DNA of 64,000 bases from an uncultured Roseovarius sp. (lineage in GTDB: Bacteria; Pseudomonadota; Alphaproteobacteria; Rhodobacterales; Rhodobacteraceae): positions 1,944 through 65,943 of the forward strand of contig NZ_CAMYMD010000100.1 of the NCBI RefSeq assembly GCF_947259555.1, in the 5' to 3' direction. A program made the translations under genes and the position numbers. Position 1 is the stretch's first letter, and each line of letters begins with the position of its first letter. Under the pieces are notes generated by a model that saw nothing but the letters and a program-made list of their open reading frames with translations, was not told the DNA's origin and did not search any database. Below are positions 48,614 through 58,096 of this stretch, one piece after another.

Positions 48614-49419
48614 TTATCTGCCGTCTGGTGGCCGAACCTGCCGCAGCGTGGTTCGGCGGATGGTTCGACCAAAGGTAGAAGCTGGGGGCATCCCCACACC
48701 CGCGGTCAGCTCAAGGCATTTCTCAGGATGCGCTTCCTCGTGCAGCCTGATCGCCTCCAGCACGACCGGCGGGCGGCATGTCCCGTCCGTCGATCTTGGC
48801 AGAGGTGGCGTGATCTCGCAGGTCCACGGATTTGCCGTGGCAGCCGCGCCGGACTGGGGGACGAATTTTTTACCGACAGAGGCCCTTTCCCTGATCCCGG
48901 TCTGGTAGCTTGGCAGATGGTCGCCAGAATAGAACGGAGCCGTCCTGTAGCGATCGGAATCGTCAACCCCGTTCGGCCAGGCCATTTCACCGGGAGCGAT
49001 CCCCGCCTGTTCGTATGTCCGTGCGTGATCCAGAATGGCAGGATCGGAATAGAGCGAGATCATTTCGTCCGCATGCGCGATCCAGTCCCCGCCCCCCTGC
49101 ACAAGCATTCAGGCGCCCCGGCATAGCCACTATAGTCGCCTTCCGCATGCGCGACATTGATGACGAACGATCCCGAAACCTTGCCCTCGGACGCCGCCAT
49201 GACCGTCAGCGTGGCATCCTCCGACGGGGCGATGCCGAGCGCCGGACTGCCCTCGATCTTGACGCGGATCGGGCGGCCTGCGTCCAGATTCAGAAACTCG
49301 TCCGCTTGGTATTCGCCGAGCAGAGCAGTCGGGAGGTTACCCTTGAGAACAGCCAACCCCGACATCTTCGAAGGGCTCTCTGTGCCGGAACGGCTGGCGC
49401 TCTTCATTCGCCGGATCAT
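48614..49419 (-). pseudogene. frameshifted hypothetical gene
   Basis: ORFs 49060-49419 and 48614-49108 read as one protein across a frame change near 49100 (..VINVAHAEGDYSGYAGAPE / ..GGGDWIAHADEMISLY..). No family recognised. Confidence 0.4.
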
Positions 49420-50070
49420 ACTGGCAGATTGCCGGGAAGAGGCCGATTTCGCCTTCGACGTTCATCCGACGGGCTACTGCTGCCTCGGATGGGTATGGTG
49501 CGGTCGCTGGACCGGCAGCGTCAACGGACACCGCGTGTTCGACTCGGAGCGCGGCGGTCTGCTGTTCTGTTCCGGCCAGGTCCTCGACTGCGACATCGTC
49601 GACCGGGTCAGCGGCGAGCCCGGCACGATCTTTGTGGAGCTCAATCCTTTCGGGCACTACCAGTTGCTCGGCATACCGGGTGCGGAGACCATAGAGACCG
49701 CGGCCCTGCCGCAGCGCCTCAACCCGCGACTGTCGCCGGTTCTGGCCCCGCTTCTGGACGCGGCCCCGAGATCAGCGGCGGCGAAGCAATCAGCCAGCCG
49801 ACCGACACGCTCGATATCCTGGCCGGCTCGCCCAATCCGTTTCCCGAAAACCTGCTGGAAGCCGCGCGTCGCATTGACACTGCCGACGGCGCGGTTCAAC
49901 TCGGCCGGGTTTGCGACGATCTCGATTTGTTACCAAGGGATTTTCGCCGAAAGTCTCGGCGCTTCCACGGGCTCACGCCCAAGCGGTTTTGCCGCATCCT
50001 GCTGGTCACCAAGGCATTCAACCAGATGTTGGAGCAGGCGGCCAGTTCCCTTGCGGAAATCGCCCTTGGT
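49343..50070 (+). pseudogene. AraC-family regulator, frameshifted and 3'-truncated
   Basis: TTG 49343 is preceded by GGGAGG at 6-nt spacing. The N-terminal domain is in one frame. The HTH part (..LGRVCDDLDLLPRDFRRKSRRFHGLTPKRFCRILLV..) is in another frame and ends prematurely. Confidence 0.5.
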
Positions 50071-50074
50071 CCTC

Positions 50075-50314
50075 AAGAATGCCCTGCGCATTGGCCGCCT
50101 GGGTGAAATCCGCGATCGAACAACCGAAGGACAGCAAGTCCGAATGGCCGGACTGAACCTGCTCACCGCCATCATCATTTACTGCAACACCAAACACCTC
50201 GGCCAGGCTGTCGCCAGCCGCCGCCGCAATGGATTGGATTGCTCACCCGACCTTCTGGCCCATATCTCACCCCTCGGATGGGCCCACATCCTGCTCACTG
50301 GCGATCACAGATGA
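50075..50314 (+). mobile_element. tnpA: Tn3-family transposase, last ~79 codons only
   Basis: ..NALRIGRLGEIRDRTTEGQQVRMAGLNLLTAIIIYCNTKHLG..LLAHISPLGWAHILLTGDHR matches the conserved Tn3 TnpA C-terminus. Confidence 0.6.
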
Positions 50315-50319
50315 CCCAA

Positions 50320-50357
50320 AAGGCGATCAAACCGCCCTAGCGTAGGATTCGCCCCCC
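50320..50357. repeat. candidate Tn3-family terminal inverted repeat (right end)
   Basis: The reverse complement reads GGGGGGCGAATCCTACGCTAGGGCGGTTTGATCGCCTT. It has the outer GGGG and begins 5 nt after the tnpA stop. No partner IR lies in the window. Confidence 0.4.
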
Positions 50358-50514
50358 TCCGGCATTAGACACCCACTATGCCAAACGTCGGGCCCATGGG
50401 CTTGCGCAAAAGACAATTCGGGTGGGGGACGGAGGGCCAACAACGCCGGCGGGCCTCTTCCATGCCATCGTGACACTGACACAGAGAGCATGACGGTTTC
50501 ATCCATCAGATGCG

Positions 50515-51243
50515 TTGTTCGTTTTCGACCATGCCTGCGGTTGTCGCGATGTCGTGCGGTATCCTGAACCGACCCTGCGCCATTGGGTGTCGCAGCATCG
50601 TATTGCCGATGATGAGGGCAAGCCGCTGAAGCTGTTGCTGTCGCGCCTGCGCAATACGCACAAGGCTCTTTGGTACTTGAAGACTGGTGATCATATGGCA
50701 CGGTTCGCAGTGGGTCACACGACCGAGATCGCCGCGCGGCACTATGCCGATATTCCGTCGCTGCGACCGCTCCATGAGGCGACGGTCGCTGAAGGTCTGG
50801 AAGATGCGATAGGGGTGAGTGTGCAGCCAAGAGCCCGCAGCGATGCTGACGATACGCCTTCCGCAGCTTTGACAGACACAGACAATAACCCAGCTCCCCC
50901 TGGAACCCAAGGCGTCTGGCTCGCAGGGTGTTCCGGCTTCTTTGACAGCCCGTTTTCCAAGCCCGGAGCGCCGTGTGGTCATCCGTTCCGGGGCTGCCTG
51001 GATTGCCGCAATGCAGTGATCACCGAGCGCAAGCTCCCCGCCATCCTGGGCCTTCCGGATTTCGTTCTGGCACAGCGCACATTGCTCGGCGCGCAGGATT
51101 GGGAGGCCAAGTTTGGTCATGTTCATGAGCGGATCACGCGCCGGGTCTTGCCAGGCTTCTCCGATGAGGTGACCGCGTCAGCGCGGGCAACCCTCAACGC
51201 AGATCCTCCGATGACCTATCTGCCGTCCGAGGCGGCACAATGA
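50515..51243 (+). pseudogene. tyrosine recombinase/integrase C-terminal fragment
   Basis: ..LSRLRNTHKA..AVGHTTEIAARHYADIP.. (box II / catalytic Tyr region), then the Cys-rich tail CSGFFDSPFSKPGAPCGHPFRGCLDCRNAVI. The N-terminal core-binding domain is absent. Confidence 0.5.
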
Positions 51244-51336
51244 GCGGCGCGCAAGCAACCCGCGCCGGTGCCACTGTACGGTCAAGTTTGACACGCTGTC
51301 TGATCCGGCCATTACGATAATGATGGGCGCTTATCT

Positions 51337-51800
51337 TTATGCGCGACTCAATGTTCGTCTCCCGGGCTGGGCGCCTGTGCTGTCCTCAACTGGCAACAGG
51401 CAGGCATTCAACCATAGTTTCCGGAGGTTGTGGGCGGTTGCTGCGCGGGTGAACTCATCCTGAACGTCACATGGTTCGCGTAATCGCAGCCTTCCGAGGC
51501 CGAGGATGCGTTTGAGATGGGCGAAGAGAATTTCGACCTTCTTTCGCTTCCTCTGAGCCGCCGGATTGAACGCGGACGCTGTGCATTAGCGGGCGAAGTC
51601 TCTGACGCTCTCGTATGTCTCGCGGTGGATCGCCCGGGCCTCAGAAATGCGGTCGGTCAGGTCGAGGCGGCAGAACCAGCGATAGGCCAGGTTCAGATCC
51701 ACCTCCTCGCAAAGACGGCGTTCTGCCGGATGCCAAAGCAATGTCTGAGCAGCACGGGGCACCTTCACTTCGGGCTGAGCATATCGAGAGCGAATTGGAA
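51337..51800 (-). mobile_element. IS5-family transposase remnant with internal deletion
   Basis: N-terminal piece ..AERRLCEEVDLNLAYRWFCRLDLTD.. (51586-51800) is joined to the C-terminal end ..KKVEILFAHLKRILGLGRLRLREP..EFTRAATAHNLRKL.. (51337-51560). The DDE core is missing. Confidence 0.55.
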
Positions 51801-51872
51801 AGTTTTCCGTGACGTGACTCTGTTGTTTTACAAAGCTTGTGGTTGCGTTATCTATTGTTGGAGAGGTAGCCG

Positions 51873-53198
51873 ATGCGCACAGTTGATATAGCTGATACAG
51901 GTGAAACCGGTTTTGATGATGCGGTATGGAGCGATGTCATCGAAGCCGTAGACCGGACCTACTCAGAGCTGGTTGCCTATCAGGAAAAACTAGAGCACCA
52001 GAACCGCGAACTTGATGACTTGCGCCGGTTCATGAATTCAGTGTTTCAATCGGTTTCGGATTTGTTGATTGTCGTCGGCCGGGACAACCGGATCGAACAG
52101 ACGGGTGGGTCCTTCGATCGTTTGATGGCGGGCCAGAACAAGACAGTCACCGGCGAAGTCGTTGATCGGTTGTTCACAAGTGGCTCACGGCCGGTTTTCA
52201 CAGACGCCATCGAGCAAGCGATACTTACACGTGAATTTGTCACCGTTGAGATCGAGATTTTGACGGTCGAGGGACCCGCGCCATTGGAATTGAGCATTGC
52301 GCCACGATTGAACGAGCGTGGCAAAAGCGTAGGTGCGGTGATTGTTGGCCGTCCCCTCGGCGAGTTGCGCCGTGCCTATTCCGAACTGGCAGCCAGCCAC
52401 AAAGCGCTAAAAGAGGCGCAGGCCCATCTGGTGCGAAATGAAAAGCTCGCCTCATTGGGTCGGCTAGTGGCAGGCGTGGCGCATGAGCTGAACAACCCGA
52501 TCAGTTTTGTCTATGCCTCAACCCATGCTATGGAAAAATATGCCACCCGGTTCGAGACCTATTTCGAGGCGGTACAGGCCGGCGCCACGCGCGATCAGCT
52601 GATTGCAATGCGCGGTGATCTGGGGCTGGACCGGGCGCTCAAGAACATGCGCGAGGCGATCAGCGGTGCCAAAGACGGGGCCGAGCGGGTGCGCGATATC
52701 GTCGAAGACCTGCGCCGCCTGTCGTCGGAAGGGCCAGGCGAGGCGGTTGAATTCGATCTGGTGACCACCACCCGCACCGCCGCCGATTGGGTGGTACGCG
52801 GCACTAAAACGCCGGTGCAGGTGAAGTTTGAGGGCGACATGCGGCCCGTGGCGCGGGGCAATCCGGGCCATATCCAGCAGATCGTCATGAACCTTGTGCA
52901 AAACGCCATTGATGCCGTGGCCGACACAGATAATCCACAAGTCACTCTGACCCATGATGTGGCGGGCGAGCGCGCCGTTCTGAAAGTGCGCGACAATGGC
53001 CCCGGCATCCCCGAGGATGTTGCGGCGTCGATCTTTGATCCATTTTTTACCACCAAAGCAGTGGGCAAAGGCACCGGGCTGGGCCTGTCGATCTCAAGCA
53101 AGATCGCACAGGAACATGGCGGTGATCTGCACCTTAGCGAGACCGATCAGCCCGGCACCTGTTTTTGCCTTGATCTCCCGCTGGGTGGCCAGACATGA
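51873..53198 (+). CDS. hupT: H2-signalling histidine kinase
   Basis: PAS-like N-terminus, HisKA H-box [12 protein letters not shown], and an HATPase domain (N, G1, G2 boxes). ATGA-coupled to hupU. Confidence 0.8.
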   Translation: MRTVDIADTGETGFDDAVWSDVIEAVDRTYSELVAYQEKLEHQNRELDDLRRFMNSVFQSVSDLLIVVGRDNRIEQTGGSFDRLMAGQNKTVTGEVVDRLFTSGSRPVFTDAIEQAILTREFVTVEIEILTVEGPAPLELSIAPRLNERGKSVGAVIVGRPLGELRRAYSELAASHKALKEAQAHLVRNEKLASLGRLVAGVAHELNNPISFVYASTHAMEKYATRFETYFEAVQAGATRDQLIAMRGDLGLDRALKNMREAISGAKDGAERVRDIVEDLRRLSSEGPGEAVEFDLVTTTRTAADWVVRGTKTPVQVKFEGDMRPVARGNPGHIQQIVMNLVQNAIDAVADTDNPQVTLTHDVAGERAVLKVRDNGPGIPEDVAASIFDPFFTTKAVGKGTGLGLSISSKIAQEHGGDLHLSETDQPGTCFCLDLPLGGQT

Positions 53199-54187
53199 AC
53201 GTGCTGTGGTTGCAATCGGCCGGCTGTGGTGGCTGCACCATGTCGCTGCTGTGCGCCGAGGGGCCGAATGTGTTCGATCTTCTGGATGGCGCGGGCGTCG
53301 ACTTTCTGTGGCACCCCGCCTTGTCCGAAGCGACGGGGGGAGAAGTGTTGCCCCTGCTGAGCGCGGTTGAGAGCGGTGAGATTGCCCTGGATGTATTGGC
53401 CATCGAGGGCTCGATCCTGACCGGCCCCAAGGGCACCGGCAAGTTCCATATGCTCTCGGGCACGGGCCGCTCGATGCTCGATTGGGTACGCTCACTGGCA
53501 CCGAAAGCCCGTCATGTGATGGCCGTTGGCACCTGTGCCACCTATGGCGGAATTACCTCGGCCGGCGGAAATCCGGCCTCGGCAGTGGGCGTGCAATATG
53601 ACGGACACCATCCTGGCGGGGTCTTGGCGCCCGAGTTCAGATCGCAAAGTGGTCTGCCCGTAATCAATGTCGCAGGTTGTCCCACTCACCCAGATTGGGT
53701 GACCGAAACGCTATTGTTGCTGGCCGCCGATGACCTGCCTGCTGCCGCGCTGGATGAACTGGGCCGCCCCCGGTTTTATGCCGATCATCTGGTGCATCAT
53801 GCCTGCCCCAAAAATGAGTATTACGAATACAAGGCCAGCGCCGAAGAGTTGTCACAACTGGGTTGCATGATGGAGCATCTGGGCTGTGTCGGCACCCAGG
53901 CCGTGGGCGATTGCAACATTCGCGGCTGGAACGGCGAAGGATCTTGCACGCGCGCGGGATACCCCTGCATCAACTGCACGGCGCCCGAATTTGAGGAGCC
54001 GAACCACCCCTTCACGGACACGCCCAAATTCGCCGGCATCCCTGTGGGTCTGCCAACCGATATGCCCAAGGCATGGTTCATGGCGCTGGCCTCGCTTTCC
54101 AAGGCCGCGACGCCCAAACGCATCGGCCAGAATGCCGTTTCGGACCGGATCAAGGTGCCGCCCCAGAAGACTGTGCGCAAATCATGA
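53195..54187 (+). CDS. hupU: regulatory (H2-sensing) [NiFe]-hydrogenase small subunit
   Basis: Starts directly at the FeS-binding region [17 protein letters not shown], with no Tat signal. ATGA-coupled on both sides. Confidence 0.85.
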   Translation: MNVLWLQSAGCGGCTMSLLCAEGPNVFDLLDGAGVDFLWHPALSEATGGEVLPLLSAVESGEIALDVLAIEGSILTGPKGTGKFHMLSGTGRSMLDWVRSLAPKARHVMAVGTCATYGGITSAGGNPASAVGVQYDGHHPGGVLAPEFRSQSGLPVINVAGCPTHPDWVTETLLLLAADDLPAAALDELGRPRFYADHLVHHACPKNEYYEYKASAEELSQLGCMMEHLGCVGTQAVGDCNIRGWNGEGSCTRAGYPCINCTAPEFEEPNHPFTDTPKFAGIPVGLPTDMPKAWFMALASLSKAATPKRIGQNAVSDRIKVPPQKTVRKS

Positions 54188-55617
54188 GCGATCGGAACCT
54201 GCTGGTTGGGCCGTTCAACCGGGTCGAGGGCGATCTTGAGATCAGGCTTGAGGTGGCCGATGGTCAGGTCGCGGCGGCCTATGTGAACTCACCCCTGTTT
54301 CGCGGGTTCGAGCCGATGTTGCTGGGCAAGGCCCCGCAGGATGCGCTGACCATCACACCTCGGATTTGCGGCATCTGTTCGATCAGCCAATCGGCCGCCG
54401 CGGCGCAAGCCCTCGCGGCGGCCGCTGGAGCCACACCGACACCCCAAGGCGCTTTGGTGGCCGCCCTGCTGCACGGCGTTGAGAACATGTGTGACCACCT
54501 CACCCATTTCAATCTGTTCTTCATGCCTGACTTTGCGCGGCCCGCCTACCAAGGGCGCGACTGGCACGATCATGCGATCTCGCGGTTCACGGCGATGCAG
54601 GGCTCAGGCCTGCGTCAGGCCACAGAGGCACGCGCGCAGCTGCTTCATATTGTTGGGCTGCTGGGGGGCAAATGGCCTCATACGCTGGCCATTCAGCCCG
54701 GCGGAGTGACCCGCGCGCCCACCGCGCGGGATCGTATTCGCATTTCCAGCACATTGGCCGCATTTCGGCGGTATCTGGAGGACGTTCTATTTGGTGCACC
54801 GGTGGAGGACTTTATTGCCCTGACCACAGGCGAGGCCGCGCGAAACTGGTCCACCGGCGATGCAGGCACTTTCATGCAGATCGCAGACGATCTGGGCTTG
54901 GCAAGCTCTGGTCCCGGCCCCGGCCGCTACCTGTCTTTCGGGGCATATCCGATGGAAGATGGACGCAGCTTTGGTCCCGGATTGTGGGAGGCCGACAGCT
55001 GGCGCGCGGTCAATACCGATGAGATCGGCGAGGACCTCAGCCATGCGTGGATGCTGGGCAAGACCGCGCATCCACGCGACGGACAGACCGAACCGGACGA
55101 GGATATGTCAGACCCCGGCTATAGCTGGTGCAAGGCCCCGCGTCTGGCTGGCCAGACGATAGAAACCGGCGCATTCGCCCGGCAGGTGGTGGATGGCCAT
55201 GCGATGGCGCTTGATCTGGCCCGGCACGGCAGCAGCGTCTTTGCCCGTGTCGCAGGGCGACTGCTGGAGATCGCCCGCACCCAGGTGCTGTTGGAAAAAT
55301 GGGCCCGGGATATCACCCCCGAGGCGCGGTTTCTGGAACAGGTCGCCGTGCCGCAAGAGGGAGTGGGCGAGGGGCTTCTTGAGGCCGCACGCGGATCGTT
55401 GGGCCATTGGCTGCGCATCGAAGGCGGCAAGATCGCGGGGTATCAGATCATCGCGCCGACAACATGGAACTTCAGCCCGCGCGATGCGGGTGGCGTGCCG
55501 GGGCCACTAGAGGCCGCTTTGGTGGGCGCCCCGGTGGCCGAGGATGAGGACACGCCCCTTTCCGTGCAGCATATCGTGCGCAGCTTTGATCCCTGCATGG
55601 TCTGCACGGTGCATTGA
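54184..55617 (+). CDS. hupV: regulatory (H2-sensing) [NiFe]-hydrogenase large subunit
   Basis: N-terminal RICGICS and C-terminal DPCMVCTVH, ending exactly at the His with no cleavable extension. Confidence 0.85.
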   Translation: MSDRNLLVGPFNRVEGDLEIRLEVADGQVAAAYVNSPLFRGFEPMLLGKAPQDALTITPRICGICSISQSAAAAQALAAAAGATPTPQGALVAALLHGVENMCDHLTHFNLFFMPDFARPAYQGRDWHDHAISRFTAMQGSGLRQATEARAQLLHIVGLLGGKWPHTLAIQPGGVTRAPTARDRIRISSTLAAFRRYLEDVLFGAPVEDFIALTTGEAARNWSTGDAGTFMQIADDLGLASSGPGPGRYLSFGAYPMEDGRSFGPGLWEADSWRAVNTDEIGEDLSHAWMLGKTAHPRDGQTEPDEDMSDPGYSWCKAPRLAGQTIETGAFARQVVDGHAMALDLARHGSSVFARVAGRLLEIARTQVLLEKWARDITPEARFLEQVAVPQEGVGEGLLEAARGSLGHWLRIEGGKIAGYQIIAPTTWNFSPRDAGGVPGPLEAALVGAPVAEDEDTPLSVQHIVRSFDPCMVCTVH

Positions 55618-57866
55618 GCGACGCGCGGCGCATCCGAGTGAGGGGCCAGGTGCAGGGCGTTGGATTTCGTCCTTTTATCTGGAAACTGGCACATCGGATG
55701 AGTCTGCGTGGCTATGTGCTGAACGATGCGAAGGGCGTGTTGATCTATGTGACGGGCGAGGGGCTGGACCGTTTTGAAGCCGCAATTTCCGAGCAAGCCC
55801 CGGTGCTTGCCCGTGTCGATACGGTGGAAAGTGACGCCTACCATTTCGATGAGATCCCTGACAGTTTTGGTATTACGACCTCTGGTGCGCAAGGCGCAGA
55901 GACGCGGGTTACACCGGATGCCGCCACCTGCGCTGAGTGTGCCGCCGACATTCGTGGGGATAATCCACGCCGCAAGGGTTATGCCTTTACCAACTGCACC
56001 CATTGCGGGCCGCGTCTGACCATCCTGCGCGCCTTGCCTTATGATCGCGCGCAAACCTCGATGGCGGCGTTTGAGATGTGCGCCGAATGTGCCCGCGAAT
56101 ACGCTGACCCGGCGGATCGTCGGTTTCATGCGCAACCGGTGGCTTGTGTGCAATGCGGGCCACGGGTTTGGCTAGAGGCCGGTGGGTCCGAACTTTCCGG
56201 TGATGCGATTGCTTTGGCCGCCCGGCGGCTGACCGAAGGGCAGATTGTAGCGATCAAGGGGCTGGGCGGGTTTCATCTGGCCTGTGACGCCACCAACCGG
56301 GATGCGATTGCCCTTTTGAGAGCGCGCAAGCACCGCCCCGTCAAGCCCTTTGCCGCGATGGGGGTGTTGGATCACATCCGCCGTTTTGGCATGCCTTCAT
56401 CCGAGGAGGCGGCGCTGCTGCAAGACCCTGCAGCCCCGATTGTGCTGATTTCCAAAGGCACAGAGACGCTACCGGATGGCCTCGCGCCGGGGCAAAACTC
56501 ATATGGCTGGATGCTGCCTTATACGCCGCTGCTCCATCTGTTGATGGATGTGGTGGACCGGCCCTTGGTGATGACGTCGGGGAACCTGTCAGGAGAGCCG
56601 CAGGTGATCGGGAATGACGAAGCGCGTGACAAGCTGAGCGGCTTTGCCGACGCGTTTCTGATGAATGACCGCGAGATTATGCGGCGGCTGGACGACTCGG
56701 TTGAGCGGCTGACGCCTCAGGGCCCGATGGTTCTACGCCGTGCGCGCGGGCGAGTGCCCGGCACATTGCCTCTGCCCAAGGGATTTGAGGATGCCACACA
56801 GGTGGTGGCCTATGGCGCGCACTTGAAGTCGGCGATTTGCCTGCTGAAAAACGGCCAGGCTCTGCTCTCGCACCATCTGGGTGATCTGGATGAGGCGCTG
56901 ACATGGGATGAGTTTCAAAAGGCCGATGCCGACTATGCCGATCTTTTTGATCATGACCCGCAGGTGTTCGCCTGTGATCTGCATCCCGATTACCGCTCGT
57001 CGCGCCGTGCGGCTTCGCGCGCGGCGGGCAAGCCTTTGGTTGAGGTGCAACACCACCATGCGCATCTGGCCGCCTGTCTAGCCGAAAACGGCTGGGCGCG
57101 GGATGCCGGTCCCGTGGCGGGGATCATTCTGGATGGTCTGGGTCTGGGCACGGATAACACCGTTTGGGGCGGTGAAGTGCTGCTGGGCGATTACAACGGG
57201 TTTGAACGTGCTGCCCATCTGGCCCCAGCCCCGCTTGTGGGGGGCGACGCGGCAGGGCGCGAGCCATGGCGCAACCTGTTGGCGCGGTTGGATCAGGCGG
57301 GAATGCAAGACATAGCCGATGAGATGCTGAGCCAGCGGCCGCTTGGCCTTTTGCGACAGGCCATGGCCTCGGGCGTCAACGCGCCGCTTTCTTCCTCGGC
57401 GGGCAGGCTATTTGATGCGTTTGCGGCCGCTTTGGGCTTTGAGGGCGCTCAAAGCTTTGAGGGCGAAGCCGCGATGTGGTTGGAGGCATACGCCGCCCGG
57501 GCCCCCCTGTCGCGCGCCTATCCCTATTCATTTGCCCAATGGGAAAACGGCGTGATTGACCCCGTTCCGATGTGGGACGCCTGGCTTGGCAACCGTAAAA
57601 CAGATACTCCGCCCGAGGCGATGGCGATGCGGTTTCATGCTGGTCTGGCGCAGGCGTTTTGCACGCCCGCGCGCGCTTTGGTTGAGACCGGGCAGGCTAA
57701 GGCCGTGGCCCTGTCGGGCGGGTGTTTTCAGAACGCCACATTGCTGAGCCTGTGCTGTGAACAGTTGCAGGATCTGCCGCTTCTGATTCACACAAAGACC
57801 CCTGCCAATGATGGTGGGCTGGCGCTCGGGCAGGCGTTGATTGCGGCGGCCGCGCATTCGGGCTGA
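55614..57866 (+). CDS. hypF: carbamoyltransferase HypF
   Basis: Acylphosphatase-like IRVRGQVQGVGFRPFIW, two zinc-finger pairs (CAECAAD..CTHCGPR, CAECARE..CVQCGPR), then YrdC and Kae1-like domains. The TTG start overlaps the hupV stop. Confidence 0.9.
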   Translation: MSDARRIRVRGQVQGVGFRPFIWKLAHRMSLRGYVLNDAKGVLIYVTGEGLDRFEAAISEQAPVLARVDTVESDAYHFDEIPDSFGITTSGAQGAETRVTPDAATCAECAADIRGDNPRRKGYAFTNCTHCGPRLTILRALPYDRAQTSMAAFEMCAECAREYADPADRRFHAQPVACVQCGPRVWLEAGGSELSGDAIALAARRLTEGQIVAIKGLGGFHLACDATNRDAIALLRARKHRPVKPFAAMGVLDHIRRFGMPSSEEAALLQDPAAPIVLISKGTETLPDGLAPGQNSYGWMLPYTPLLHLLMDVVDRPLVMTSGNLSGEPQVIGNDEARDKLSGFADAFLMNDREIMRRLDDSVERLTPQGPMVLRRARGRVPGTLPLPKGFEDATQVVAYGAHLKSAICLLKNGQALLSHHLGDLDEALTWDEFQKADADYADLFDHDPQVFACDLHPDYRSSRRAASRAAGKPLVEVQHHHAHLAACLAENGWARDAGPVAGIILDGLGLGTDNTVWGGEVLLGDYNGFERAAHLAPAPLVGGDAAGREPWRNLLARLDQAGMQDIADEMLSQRPLGLLRQAMASGVNAPLSSSAGRLFDAFAAALGFEGAQSFEGEAAMWLEAYAARAPLSRAYPYSFAQWENGVIDPVPMWDAWLGNRKTDTPPEAMAMRFHAGLAQAFCTPARALVETGQAKAVALSGGCFQNATLLSLCCEQLQDLPLLIHTKTPANDGGLALGQALIAAAAHSG

Positions 57867-58096
57867 CCGGTAAGGAACTGGCCGGCACATTGATCATCCG
57901 GTTGCCACTCTCCCGATTCCGGCGCGTACAAGATCCCTCAGAAACCGACCTTACCCGTTGAAGAGTAACGACAAAACTGTGTTCTGCGAAATCTCTCAAA
58001 TTTCTTTGATCGTGTCTGAGTACCACTGCATTCCTAAGGTGGAGGATGGTCCCGGTGCGCCCGGAGACCAAAATGGGACCAGTCGGAGGACGCCAA

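Noticed and set aside
57879-57893. A sigma-54-like element CTGGCCGGCACATTGA upstream of hupS.
   Set aside because: The spacing fits the TGGCAC-N5-TTGC consensus, but the invariant GC of the -12 box is GA here. It also lies immediately after the hypF stop, about 200 bp from hupS. The R. capsulatus hupS promoter is reported to be sigma-70 type.
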